Source: an uncultured Alphaproteobacteria bacterium
GTDB taxonomy: Bacteria > Pseudomonadota > Alphaproteobacteria > Puniceispirillales > UBA1172
Length of the DNA: 64,000 bases
Assembly (NCBI GenBank): GCA_937952245.1
Contig: CALFYS010000117.1
Location: 25,544 to 89,543, forward strand
Reading direction: 5' to 3'
Shown: piece after piece, positions 1 to 9,639 of the stretch
How positions within the stretch are numbered: the stretch's first letter is position 1
How the letters are laid out: each line of letters begins with the position of its first letter
The notes under the pieces: generated by a model
Database searches by the model: none
What the model saw: only the letters and a program-made list of their open reading frames with translations
What the model was told of the DNA's origin: nothing
Program-made: the position numbers and the translations under genes

Positions 1-1
1 G

Positions 2-655
2 GTTCCCGGGCTTTATGCCGCCGGTGAAGATTGCGGCGGTGTCCATGGGGCTAATCGTTTGGGCGGCAATGGCGTGGCCAATTCCACCGTCTTTGGCGGC
101 ATTGCTGGTGATAGCATGGCCAGTTTTGTCAAAGGGGTTTCTTCGTGGCGGGATGCTGATGAAGCGGCGATCACCTCTGCTGTGATGGAAGCTGAACATC
201 CGTTCAGCAAGCCGCAAGCCTCAAGCCATGAATTGCGGGATGCTCTTTCCCATACCATGTGGGATGATGTCGGCATTATGCGCGATGAAAAAGGCCTTGA
301 TCGCGGCATTGAAAAACTGGCGGGCTATGCCAAGGATATTATGGATATTGGCGTTGCCGATGGCGCGCGGGAATTTAACCTGACTTGGCATGATTGGTTG
401 AATGTCAAATCGCTGGTGACAATTTCCGAAGTCATCGCCAAGGCGGCGCGGGCGCGTGAAGATTCGCGAGGCGCGCATTTCAGGGAAGATTTCCCCACCA
501 CGGGCGATCTTGAAACAACCGCCTATACCAGCATTGGCAAAAAAGGTGATGATTTAACCGTCAGCCTGAAGCCAGTTGATTTTTCAATCGTCAAACCGGG
601 GGAAAGCCTGATCGAAGGGCCGATTGGCGCGCCATCCACCCAAGTCGCCGAATAG
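2..655 (+). CDS. FAD-dependent oxidoreductase, fumarate reductase/succinate dehydrogenase flavoprotein-like, C-terminal part (5' end cut by window edge)
   Basis: The frame is open from the window edge. It contains [18 protein letters not shown] and [11 protein letters not shown] motifs typical of Frd/Sdh/NadB-type flavoproteins. Stop codon at 653-655. Confidence 0.75.
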   Translation, partial: VPGLYAAGEDCGGVHGANRLGGNGVANSTVFGGIAGDSMASFVKGVSSWRDADEAAITSAVMEAEHPFSKPQASSHELRDALSHTMWDDVGIMRDEKGLDRGIEKLAGYAKDIMDIGVADGAREFNLTWHDWLNVKSLVTISEVIAKAARAREDSRGAHFREDFPTTGDLETTAYTSIGKKGDDLTVSLKPVDFSIVKPGESLIEGPIGAPSTQVAE

Positions 656-680
656 CCCCCATCTGAATAAAGGATCTGGT

Positions 681-1610
681 ATGACCATCACCATCGACAC
701 GGTAGAAGAAGCGGCCTACACCATCATGGAAAAAGCCGCGATTGATATTCCCGATGATTATCTTTCAGGCATCAAAGCCATGGTGGATCAGGAAGACGGC
801 GATTTATCATCTTTCGTCTTAAAGGCGATGTTGGATAATTACGAAGCGGCGAAAGAAGACCGCCGCCCCATGTGCGCGGATACAGGCTTGCCGCGCTATT
901 ATGTCAAAATGGGGGATCGCGCAAAACTAGACAGTTTTGTGGGGCTGGATAAAGGCTTGAGGATGGCAACCGAACGCGCCACCCGTGAAGTGCCATTGCG
1001 CCCCAATCGTGTGCATCCGTTATGGCGGACAGAACATAATAACAATCTCGGGATCAACGCCCCTGAAGTGGAATGGAGTTTTGAGCCTGATGCCGATTGG
1101 ATCGACATCACCACGGTTCATAAAGGCGGGTTGTTTGGGTCTGATTATCGGATGCTGTTCCCCGGCGATGGGATTGATGGCATCAAACGGTTTTTGCTCG
1201 ATACGTTGATCGCCTTTGGCAAACGTGGCCTTGCTTGTCAGCCGGCTATTGTGGGGGTTGGCATTGGCGGGTCAAAAGACACTTGTATGCAATTGGGCAA
1301 ACAAGCGGCGTGCCTCAGGGTGGTGGGGGATCGTAATCCTGATCCTAAAATCGCTGAATTGGAGGATGAACTGAAAGCCTTGGGCAATTCGATTGGCATG
1401 GGGGCGATGGGGTTTGTCGGCTCGTCCATGGTGGTCGATTGCAATATTGAGGTGGGCTATACCCATACAGGGGGGATGCCGGTATCTGTTCATACATTCT
1501 GTCTGTCGTCACGCCGTGCCACCGCGCGAATTCACGCCGATGGCAGCATTACTTACCGGACGGACCCACAATGGTTCACCCCATATATGCGCAGGGAGGG
1601 GATCGCATGA
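681..1610 (+). CDS. Fe-S type hydro-lyase alpha subunit (class I fumarate hydratase N-terminal domain / L(+)-tartrate dehydratase TtdA-like)
   Basis: ATG at 681 is preceded by AAAGGA. The protein has a CADTGLPRYY motif (CxDTG of Fe-S hydro-lyases). About 309 aa, and the stop overlaps the next gene's start (ATGA). Confidence 0.75.
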   Translation: MTITIDTVEEAAYTIMEKAAIDIPDDYLSGIKAMVDQEDGDLSSFVLKAMLDNYEAAKEDRRPMCADTGLPRYYVKMGDRAKLDSFVGLDKGLRMATERATREVPLRPNRVHPLWRTEHNNNLGINAPEVEWSFEPDADWIDITTVHKGGLFGSDYRMLFPGDGIDGIKRFLLDTLIAFGKRGLACQPAIVGVGIGGSKDTCMQLGKQAACLRVVGDRNPDPKIAELEDELKALGNSIGMGAMGFVGSSMVVDCNIEVGYTHTGGMPVSVHTFCLSSRRATARIHADGSITYRTDPQWFTPYMRREGIA

Positions 1611-2305
1611 CCACAGGTTCAAAAGATCAATCATCACCAAAAATGACCACCCATTACGTGGACTTGCCTGCCAGCGATGAAGCGATTGCGAAATTCAAGC
1701 CCGGCGATGTCGTCTATTTAAGCGGCGTTGTTTATACCGCCCGCGAAGGCATTTATCAGCGTGTTTTGGCCGAAGGGCAAACCTTGCCGATGAATAATTT
1801 AGAAGTTGTCAGCAATGCCAATTTCCATTGCTCACCCGCCGCCGCCCCTGATGGCAAGGGCAGTTACAATATCGGCGGGGTGACGGCAACGGCGTCCTTC
1901 CGGTTTTCAAAATGGATGGCCGATTGGCTGGATGCCACTGGAACAAAATTGGTCATTGGCAAAGGCGGGATGCCGCGTGAAGATTACACAAAAATCCTAG
2001 CCCCAAGGGGGGCGGTCTATCTGACCACGGTGGGTTATGGCACAGGCGCGCTTTTGGGGCGCGGGGTGAAATCAGTCAAAGACGTGATCTGGCTGGATGA
2101 TCTTGGGATTGCCCAGGCGATGTGGCTGTTTAATGTTGAAAATTTTGGCCCGTTTATTGTCGATAGTGATCTTGAGGGCAATTCGCTTTTTGCCGATCAC
2201 GGTGATCAGGTGAACGCCGGTATTGATAAGCTTTACGAAGGCTTGAAACCGCCTGCTTTGCACCGTTATGGTGAAACCGACAACCGCGAAGATGAAGTGA
2301 TGTAA
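1607..2305 (+). CDS. Fe-S type hydro-lyase beta subunit (fumarate hydratase class I C-terminal domain / TtdB-like)
   Basis: ATG at 1607 is preceded by GGGAGGGG. Contains GDVVYLSGVVYTARE..HCSPAA...IGKGGM, typical of the beta/C-terminal domain. Translationally coupled to the alpha subunit. Confidence 0.75.
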   Translation: MTTGSKDQSSPKMTTHYVDLPASDEAIAKFKPGDVVYLSGVVYTAREGIYQRVLAEGQTLPMNNLEVVSNANFHCSPAAAPDGKGSYNIGGVTATASFRFSKWMADWLDATGTKLVIGKGGMPREDYTKILAPRGAVYLTTVGYGTGALLGRGVKSVKDVIWLDDLGIAQAMWLFNVENFGPFIVDSDLEGNSLFADHGDQVNAGIDKLYEGLKPPALHRYGETDNREDEVM

Positions 2306-3192
2306 TGGCGGATATTAAGACGTTAAAAGTGTTTCGCACCGTTGCGGCTTGCGGCAGTTTCCACGCGGCGGCGGATGAATTGAACCTTTCGGTTTCAGCC
2401 ATCAGTATGCAAATGCGGGATTTGGAAAACTTTGCGGGATGTCTGTTGTTTGACCGCAGCCGCAAACCGCCGCCCTTGACCGAAGAAGGCCGGGTGTTTT
2501 TATCAAAAACTGATGATGTGCTGGCGGCATGGGGCAATCTTCAAGCGCAGGCGGCGCAATCCGCGGAAACAGGTCGATTGCGGATGGGGGCGGTGCATAC
2601 CTGCTTGAGCAGTTTTCTGCCCGCCGCGTTGAAGACCGTACGGCAACAATACCCGCAACTTGATGTCACCGTGCATCTTGGCACAAGCCATGAGCTTGAA
2701 GCGGATTTGCTGGCGGGGCGGATTGATTTTGCGCTTCTGACCATGCCTGAAAAACCAATATCTGACCTCAATTATCACCATGTGGTCACAGAGCCTTTGG
2801 TGGTGATTAAAAGCGATGATCTTGATGGCGATAGCGCGGCGGCGTGTTTGGCGGCTAACCCGATTGTGCGCTTTAACCCGCAAGCCCGTGTCGGTAAATT
2901 GGTCGATGAAATTCTTTCCCGCCATCAACGGAAATCAGGGGCAACCCGCGCCGCGATGATGGAAATTGACGCCCTTGAAAGCGTGCAGGCTTTGGTCAAA
3001 GAAGGGCTGGGGGTGGCGATTGTTCCGCTGTTGGTTGGCGTTGACCTGCCGGAAGGGATTGTGGCCATGCCTTTGGGCGATGAATACCAGCGTGAATTAA
3101 GCTTGGTTGCCCCTCGAACAGGGCCGCGAATTGCCATGGCGGATGATATTCTGAACCTCTTCCGCAATGCCGCAAGGTCTGTGGTGGCCTGA
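2305..3192 (+). CDS. LysR family transcriptional regulator
   Basis: N-terminal wHTH (LKVFRTVAACGSFHAAADELNLSVSAISMQMRDLE) followed by a LysR substrate-binding domain. The start overlaps the upstream stop (TAATG). Confidence 0.85.
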   Translation: MADIKTLKVFRTVAACGSFHAAADELNLSVSAISMQMRDLENFAGCLLFDRSRKPPPLTEEGRVFLSKTDDVLAAWGNLQAQAAQSAETGRLRMGAVHTCLSSFLPAALKTVRQQYPQLDVTVHLGTSHELEADLLAGRIDFALLTMPEKPISDLNYHHVVTEPLVVIKSDDLDGDSAAACLAANPIVRFNPQARVGKLVDEILSRHQRKSGATRAAMMEIDALESVQALVKEGLGVAIVPLLVGVDLPEGIVAMPLGDEYQRELSLVAPRTGPRIAMADDILNLFRNAARSVVA

Positions 3193-3285
3193 TTTTACCG
3201 TCACGCTCATCACTTTATGCTTTGTTGCGCGAACTTCTCACGATACCATCGGGTTATTGTTGACCGTTAAGATGAAAGTATCGCC

Positions 3286-4374
3286 ATGTCCACTTCTTAT
3301 CCATCGCTTGCCGCTAATCCTGGCCGAGGCCAGAACCGTTATCCTGATGTCATCAGCGCTGATGCCTCGCCTGTATTGGCGTTGCTGGCGGAATGCCCGC
3401 AATATAAACCGACGGCGTTGCATGATCATGCTGAATTGGCGGCTCGATTTGGGGTTGCGAAACTCTGGATTAAAGATGAAAGCACAAGGATGAACCTTGG
3501 CAGTTTTAAAGCCTTGGGCGCGGCTTATGTGGTGGCGAAAATGGCGATGGATGCCATGGCGAAAAACCCCAATGGCGGCGATTATTCGACAGCGCTGAAT
3601 GGCGTCAGCGTCTTGGCGGCGAGCGCGGGTAATCATGGCCTGTCATTGGCGGCAGGGGCGCGTATCTTTGGCGCGAAAGCCACGATTTATCTCAGCGCCT
3701 CCGTGCCTGAAAGTTTCGCCGAACGCTTGCGCGGCATTGGCGCGGATGTTGTCCGTCATGGGGAGGTTTATGAAGAAAGCATGGCCAAGGCTTTGGCGGA
3801 TTCAGAAGCGGGCAAAGGCATTTTAATTTCAGATACATCATGGCCAGAATATCGCGATATTCCTTATCAGATTATGGAAGGCTATTTGGTCATGGGCAAA
3901 GAAGCCACCGATGAATTGGACGCGGCAGGGGAGACGCCAACCCATATCTTTTTGCAAGCAGGGGTCGGCGGTTTGGCTTCCGCCATGGCGCGCTGGTGCC
4001 GCCGTCATTATGGCGATGCGCCGGTGATCATTAATGTTGAACCTGAAGACGCGCGCCCGCTTCAAGCCAGTTTAATGGCAGGGGAATTGGTTTCCGTCAC
4101 CGGCGGGGTTTCAGTGATGGGGCGGCTCGATTGTAAAGACGCGTCAGAATTGGCGTTTAAAGCGTTGTCGGATGATGCTGATTTTGCCCAAGCCATCAGC
4201 GAAAGAGATTCAGAAATCACCACCTTGGAACTGGCGGCGATTGGGCTCAAATCATCACCTTCAGGCATTGCGGGGATTTCCGCGCTGCAACATTTAAGCC
4301 CCGAAGACCGCGCCACCATCGGGCTTGATGAAAACAGCCGCGTGTTGACCTTTATGTCCGAAGGGGTGGCTTAA
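3286..4374 (+). CDS. PLP-dependent enzyme, diaminopropionate ammonia-lyase family (fold type II)
   Basis: YKPTAL...LWIKDESTRMNLGSFKALGAAY contains the PLP-lysine motif as seen in DAP ammonia-lyases, plus ASAGNHG. About 362 aa. Confidence 0.65.
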   Translation: MSTSYPSLAANPGRGQNRYPDVISADASPVLALLAECPQYKPTALHDHAELAARFGVAKLWIKDESTRMNLGSFKALGAAYVVAKMAMDAMAKNPNGGDYSTALNGVSVLAASAGNHGLSLAAGARIFGAKATIYLSASVPESFAERLRGIGADVVRHGEVYEESMAKALADSEAGKGILISDTSWPEYRDIPYQIMEGYLVMGKEATDELDAAGETPTHIFLQAGVGGLASAMARWCRRHYGDAPVIINVEPEDARPLQASLMAGELVSVTGGVSVMGRLDCKDASELAFKALSDDADFAQAISERDSEITTLELAAIGLKSSPSGIAGISALQHLSPEDRATIGLDENSRVLTFMSEGVA

Positions 4375-5000
4375 TGCCCGCCGCCGCCAGCGGTTTTCAT
4401 CTCTATGGAATATCCGGCGCGGGGTCTTTGATTGTTGAATTTTTACTGACCTTGGCGGGGCAACCCTATGACCGGTCGTTCCCCACAAAAGAAGAACGGC
4501 AATCGCCAGCGTTTAAAGCCATCTCACCTTCAGGGCAAATCCCTGTTTTGGTTACCCCAGAAGGGCATCATTTGGCGGAATCATTGGCCATCACCCAATA
4601 TCTTTTGGCGCGATTTCCGGAAGCGGGGATGATCGCCCCCATGAATGACCAAGCCCATGGCGCGTGTTTGCAATGGTTGAGTTATCTGGCCACCACGGTC
4701 TATCCCGCCTATCAGCGGTATTACCAGACCGCCAGTTTTGATGGCGATCAAGACGCGATACGGCAATCAGGCTTTCGTGATCGCTTGCGGTATTATGACG
4801 TGATGGAAACGGCGGGGGCTGGCTTTTTGGCAGGAGAGCATATATCCGCCGCTGATCTTTATCTTTATATGCTGCTTCGGTGGGATCAGGATTTGGAGGC
4901 GACCCTATCAACCCGCCCCCGTCTTGCGGGCATTTATGATGCGGTTGAAAACTTGCCCGCCGTGCAAACGGTCTTGGCGCAACAGCCCCCTAAAGATTAA
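4374..5000 (+). CDS. glutathione S-transferase family protein
   Basis: GQIPVLV...ESLAITQYL N-terminal thioredoxin-like GST motif and a helical C-terminal domain. The start overlaps the upstream stop. Confidence 0.7.
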   Translation: MPAAASGFHLYGISGAGSLIVEFLLTLAGQPYDRSFPTKEERQSPAFKAISPSGQIPVLVTPEGHHLAESLAITQYLLARFPEAGMIAPMNDQAHGACLQWLSYLATTVYPAYQRYYQTASFDGDQDAIRQSGFRDRLRYYDVMETAGAGFLAGEHISAADLYLYMLLRWDQDLEATLSTRPRLAGIYDAVENLPAVQTVLAQQPPKD

Positions 5001-5009
5001 ATCTAATCG

Positions 5010-6599
5010 TTAGAAACTAGGGGCAGGTAAGCCTTTGATCATGGCGTTGATGACGGTTGGCTTTCGGCTTCTAAGAGCTTTTGCCAACCCTTTTTCAAAT
5101 TGTTCAAGGCTTTCGGTGAAAATACCATTGGCGCCAAAGCCTTTGGCGATTTGATCATAGCGGGTGTTTTCATCCAATTGGCAGCCTTGGACACGGCCTT
5201 CGCCATAAAGCCGTTCTTGGATCACCACTTCCGCCCCCCATCTGAGGTCATTGGCAATGATCACCGTCAGTTTTAACCCTAAGCGGCGGGCGGTATCCAA
5301 TTCGCTGAGGTAAAATCCTGCTGTGCCATCGCCCATGATGGCGATGACATGGCGATCGGGATTGGCCAAGGCCACCCCGATGGCTTGCGGGAGTGAGCCG
5401 CCAATCGCCCCTGAAATGCCATTGGTTAAAGCATGGTCTAAAGGCAGAACAGATTGCGCCCATTGCCCCACTTCGCCGCCGTCAATCACAACAATAGGGT
5501 CAAGCGTGGCGGTTTGCTGGCCGATAGTGGTCATGACATCAAACGCGGTCACCTTACCATTGCTTTTCGGCGGTTTCGGGCGTTCTTTGATTTTTGATTG
5601 AACAAAACGGCACCATGATGGGTCGCCTTTAATGCCTTCGGCGTTGGTTAAAGCTTCGATGGCCGTTTCAGGGTCAGCAAGGCAGCCCCATTGCAAGCGG
5701 CCGCTTAATACCGCGCTGGCATGGGCGATGCTTTCCGATTGGCTGGCAATCAAAATAAAGGTTTCAGCAGGAACGTGATCAAGATCGCCAGAGGCCAAGG
5801 TGAAATCAACATCTTTATCAATCAGGATGATGCAATCGGCTTTTGCCAGCACATCTTTGATCTGCCCCATGCCCGGGTCATTAAGCCCCCGTGGGCTTTG
5901 CATGGTGATGACAGGGATCGACAAAGCGGCCATTAAGTTTTCGGTGGCTTGATCATGCCGGCTTTGGTGTTGCGACGGGCCGGTGATGATCAAAGGAAAT
6001 TCCGCTTGATCAATCAGCCTTAAAATCGAAGGCAGGTCAGCGTTGCTCAATGGGATGGTTTCAGGCTGAAATTGTTTTTCATCAAAAGGCGCAGGGTCAG
6101 CGGTTTCGCCTTCTAAGACATCTTGCGGCACAGAAAGATGGATGGGGCCAGGCCGCCCTGAACGCGCCAAAGCAATCGCGCCCGCCAGATCATCGGCCAA
6201 GCGATCAGCTTTTGTCACCCGCCATGATTCTTTGACCAGCCCTTGGGCGACCAGCTGTTGATCCAATTGCTGAAACGGCATCAGCTGATCTTTGCCAACA
6301 GGGCTATCGCCTGAGATTAACACCAAAGGGGTTTCGGTGGCTCTCAGGGCAAATAACGGCCCCAGCGCGTTGGTAAAGCCCGGTGCTGCTGTCACCAAAG
6401 CGATGCCTGTTTTGCCGGAAGACCGAGCATAACCATCGGCCATGTAAACCGCCCCGGCTTCATGCCTTGTGTGAACAAGATTGATGGGCTGGTCAATCGC
6501 CGCGTCATAAACCGACATGATCTGATTGCCAGAAAGACTGAAAATCGTATCGGTTCCACTGGCCAGAACGGTAGAGATTAACGCATCAGCAGCACGCAT
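5010..6599 (-). CDS. thiamine pyrophosphate-binding enzyme (acetolactate synthase large subunit-like)
   Basis: Shows three-domain TPP enzyme architecture. The N-terminus reads MRAADALISTVLASGTDTIFSLSGNQ. The TPP motif is GDGTAGF...IIANDLRWG. The maximal ORF extends to 6671, but ATG 6599 matches the family N-terminus. Confidence 0.8.
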   Translation of the reverse strand: MRAADALISTVLASGTDTIFSLSGNQIMSVYDAAIDQPINLVHTRHEAGAVYMADGYARSSGKTGIALVTAAPGFTNALGPLFALRATETPLVLISGDSPVGKDQLMPFQQLDQQLVAQGLVKESWRVTKADRLADDLAGAIALARSGRPGPIHLSVPQDVLEGETADPAPFDEKQFQPETIPLSNADLPSILRLIDQAEFPLIITGPSQHQSRHDQATENLMAALSIPVITMQSPRGLNDPGMGQIKDVLAKADCIILIDKDVDFTLASGDLDHVPAETFILIASQSESIAHASAVLSGRLQWGCLADPETAIEALTNAEGIKGDPSWCRFVQSKIKERPKPPKSNGKVTAFDVMTTIGQQTATLDPIVVIDGGEVGQWAQSVLPLDHALTNGISGAIGGSLPQAIGVALANPDRHVIAIMGDGTAGFYLSELDTARRLGLKLTVIIANDLRWGAEVVIQERLYGEGRVQGCQLDENTRYDQIAKGFGANGIFTESLEQFEKGLAKALRSRKPTVINAMIKGLPAPSF

Positions 6600-6854
6600 A
6601 ATAACCTTAATGGGTAATTGAAATAAACTTAACCTACTATAACCACTGCTCACGAAAAAATCATCTGACATTACGCCGCAAGTCTAATTATATAGAAACA
6701 GGGTTGTAAAGATTTAGGGGAGGTTGCAGGGCAAGAAAGGGGGATGATCCTTGCCCTGCTAACTGACGAAATAAATTGATTGCTTTCAGTTTCAACTCCC
6801 CCACAAAATAATTTATGATTTGTTAAGATTAATTGCATAAAGACAGGCCGCGCC

Positions 6855-7757
6855 ATGACAAAACATCACGATAATTCCCTTAAAATTGGCTGTATTGGCC
6901 TAGGTTTCATGGGACGGCCCATTGCTGGACATTTGCTTAAGGCAGGGTATGAGGTTCATTTATACGCCCGCCGCCCTGAAATTTTTGAAGGGGAATGTAA
7001 AGATTTGATTAATCAAGGCGCGAAAATTGCGTCAAGCCCCGCTGATTTGGCGGCTCAGGTTGATCTTCTTTTAACCAATGTCATGGCGGGGCAAGATGTT
7101 CGGCAAGTGGTGTTGGAACAGGATGATGCCATCATCAAAGGGGCACGGCCGGGGTTGATCATCGCTGATCATTCCACCATTGATCCCGCCACGGCGATTG
7201 ATCTTCATGACAAACTGCAATCAGCGGGTATTGATTTTGTTGACGCGCCGGTCTCTGGCGGCAGTATTGGCGCAGAAGCGGGGACATTGGCGATTATGAT
7301 GGGCGGGGCCGAAAAGGCGGTTGAAGCCTTAAAACCTGTTTTTGCCCACTATTCCAAGACATGCCTTCATATGGGCGGGGCTGGCACTGGACAAATCACG
7401 AAATTATGCAACCAGATCGCGCAAGTCATCACCATTCAAGGCGTGGCGGAGGCGATGCAATTCGCTGGCGCTTATGGCGCTGATCAAAAAGCGGTGATGG
7501 AGGTGATGGCCTCTGGTTTTGCTTCCAGCCGGATGTTGGAATTAATGGCGCCCAAAATGATTGAAGAAGATTTCACGCCGCTGATGAAATCTCAATTATT
7601 GAATAAAGATGCGGGAATTGCGCAACTTGCGGCTCAGGATAAAAACCTTGATATGCCCGCGCTTGATTTGGTGGCTGAACAATTGAATTTCCTTCAAGCC
7701 CAAGGTTGGCAGGAAAAAGATGTTTCTATTTTGATCAAGGCTTTAAAAAAATCATAA
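6855..7757 (+). CDS. NAD(P)-dependent oxidoreductase, 3-hydroxyisobutyrate / tartronate semialdehyde reductase family
   Basis: IGCIGLGFMGRPIAGHLLKAGY Rossmann motif, DAPVSGG and KLCNQ motifs of the HIBADH family. 300 aa. Confidence 0.8.
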   Translation: MTKHHDNSLKIGCIGLGFMGRPIAGHLLKAGYEVHLYARRPEIFEGECKDLINQGAKIASSPADLAAQVDLLLTNVMAGQDVRQVVLEQDDAIIKGARPGLIIADHSTIDPATAIDLHDKLQSAGIDFVDAPVSGGSIGAEAGTLAIMMGGAEKAVEALKPVFAHYSKTCLHMGGAGTGQITKLCNQIAQVITIQGVAEAMQFAGAYGADQKAVMEVMASGFASSRMLELMAPKMIEEDFTPLMKSQLLNKDAGIAQLAAQDKNLDMPALDLVAEQLNFLQAQGWQEKDVSILIKALKKS

Positions 7758-7903
7758 AAAGTAAAAACATTCTAATTTAGCCCTTGTCATGACAAATATA
7801 TAAACCATATCGACCTTAGAAACATATGTTTAGTAGCCCGAATATTGGCTATTCGACGAACAATATTAGATAACCGTTCTGCGGTTTTAATGAGGGCGAA
7901 TAA

Positions 7904-8113
7904 ATGTCTACTGGCAAAGTAAAATGGTTTAACGTAACCAAAGGTTTTGGTTTTATCGAACCTGATGAAGGCGGCGCTGACGCGTTCGTGCATATCACCG
8001 CTGTTCAAGAAGCAGGGATGAAAGAATTGGTGGAAGGCCAGCATATCGAATATGAATTGCTGCCAGCCAAAAACGGTAAAGACTGCGCCATGAATTTAAA
8101 GGCCGTTGATTAA
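7904..8113 (+). CDS. cspA: cold-shock protein (CspA family)
   Basis: GKVKWFNVTKGFGFIEPD (RNP1) and DAFVHITAV (RNP2). 69 aa with a roughly 145 nt upstream leader. Confidence 0.95.
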   Translation: MSTGKVKWFNVTKGFGFIEPDEGGADAFVHITAVQEAGMKELVEGQHIEYELLPAKNGKDCAMNLKAVD

Positions 8114-8135
8114 TACTGGTGTATTGCGCGGTATC

Positions 8136-9035
8136 CTATTTCTTAATCTCAAAGAGATAGATACCGCCAAAGACCAGTATTAACGCGATCAAGTGAAATA
8201 TCTGAAAACTTTCGCTTAAGATCAATACGGCTAAAATCGCGCCATATACCGGCACAAGATTGGTGTATAAACCCGCTGCCCCTGGCCCGATTAAATCCAC
8301 CCCTCTCATAAAAAATACCTGTGACAAGAACGATGGCATGATCGCGACATAGGCGATGATCAGCCAGCCGTTGATTCCGGGCGCGGTGATGCCGGTGACA
8401 TAGGCTTCGACGGCGAGCATAGGGATGGTGGCCAGCCATGCGAAAATCGCAAAGAACCCCATCATGACCATGCTGCTGACATCAGGGCGGCCACGCAACC
8501 CGAGCGTGTAGCCTGAATAAAACATACAGGCGATCAGCATCAGCACATCACCAAAATTAAAGGTCAACACAACCAATTGTTGCCATGACCCTTGGGATAT
8601 AACCACCACAACCCCAACAAGGGCGATGACCAGACCAATACATTGCCGCAAATTGATCCGTGTGCCGAAAACCAAAAATGATCCCATTAAGATCAAGGCG
8701 GGCATGGTGCTTTGAATAATCCCCAGATTCAACGCCGTGGTGAAATGGCCAGCGATATAAAACAAGCCATTAAAAACGCTCAACCCCAAGCCGCCCATGA
8801 CGGCCACCCATAATAATCTTTCGCGCATGATGGGCCATGCCGCCAGCATTTCACGCCCATAGATCGCCAAGATGATCATCACCACCAGCCCCCAGCGCAA
8901 AAAGATCAACATCATGGGGGAAACTTCGCCAACCGCAAGACGGCCAGCAATTGTATTGCCGCCCCAACCAAGGGTTGCTAGGCAAAGCATCAAAGGGGCG
9001 TTGGCATAAGCGCGTGAAAGAATGGAAGAAATCAT
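8136..9035 (-). CDS. DMT superfamily transporter (EamA family)
   Basis: About 10 hydrophobic segments, two EamA-like halves, 299 aa. Confidence 0.8.
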   Translation of the reverse strand: MISSILSRAYANAPLMLCLATLGWGGNTIAGRLAVGEVSPMMLIFLRWGLVVMIILAIYGREMLAAWPIMRERLLWVAVMGGLGLSVFNGLFYIAGHFTTALNLGIIQSTMPALILMGSFLVFGTRINLRQCIGLVIALVGVVVVISQGSWQQLVVLTFNFGDVLMLIACMFYSGYTLGLRGRPDVSSMVMMGFFAIFAWLATIPMLAVEAYVTGITAPGINGWLIIAYVAIMPSFLSQVFFMRGVDLIGPGAAGLYTNLVPVYGAILAVLILSESFQIFHLIALILVFGGIYLFEIKK

Positions 9036-9072
9036 GGTCTAGATATAAACGGATCAGGATAGACGGCAAGTT

Positions 9073-9549
9073 TTAATATAGCCCCATCTCCACCCCAACG
9101 GCGAGGGTTAAGGCCAATTCCGCGGTTTCATCAATGAATTGGTCTTGCCAGTCGCCTTTTAAGATTAACGGTTCCGCCACCAGCCGCCAGCGTAATCCGG
9201 TCATAATCGCGGTCAGCCCCAGTTTTGTTCCCGTGCCGTCAAGACCTGCGCGAATATATATAGCAACAGGCTTGGCGGCGGAGACCTCAAGCAAATGGTT
9301 ATAGCTGCGGTCAAAGAAATCTTTTGTTGCCCCTGCCATTGCGCCGATATTTTCAGTTGTGCCAATAATAATGCCATCGGCGGCAAGCGCGTCGTGATGG
9401 GTGCAATCAAATGGTGATTTGGTGATCAAATGAACATTGCCATCAGCTTCTATCGAATGACAGGCGGCATCCCGCAAGGTTGCGGTGTTTTCCGATGGGG
9501 CGTGGGCAATGAAAAGAATGGTTTTCTTTGACATAGGTAATTGTGGCAT
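9073..9549 (-). CDS. flavodoxin-like fold protein (putative NAD(P)H-dependent FMN oxidoreductase)
   Basis: KKTILFIAHAPSENT ... DGIIIGTTENIGAMAG pattern typical of a flavodoxin-like fold. The start may instead be the internal ATG at 9534. Confidence 0.5.
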   Translation of the reverse strand: MPQLPMSKKTILFIAHAPSENTATLRDAACHSIEADGNVHLITKSPFDCTHHDALAADGIIIGTTENIGAMAGATKDFFDRSYNHLLEVSAAKPVAIYIRAGLDGTGTKLGLTAIMTGLRWRLVAEPLILKGDWQDQFIDETAELALTLAVGVEMGLY

Positions 9550-9639
9550 TGAAAAAGACGAACAACCAGTATTTTTTATCCGTTGATTTGATAAGGTTCT
9601 GGCTGGATATTTGGGCGTTTACGCTATCTTGAGGGGATC

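Noticed and set aside
5010-6599. The TPP enzyme as the missing sulfoacetaldehyde acetyltransferase (Xsc).
   Set aside because: It lies about 30 kb from the taurine locus in an unrelated cluster and is shorter than typical Xsc proteins. By eye it looks like a generic acetolactate synthase-like enzyme. It cannot be excluded without alignment, so it is not asserted.
7784-7795. The 12-bp perfect palindrome TTGTCATGACAA upstream of cspA.
   Set aside because: It is short and sits in an AT-rich promoter region where such palindromes arise by chance. It may simply overlap the -35 region, and there is not enough evidence for a specific site.
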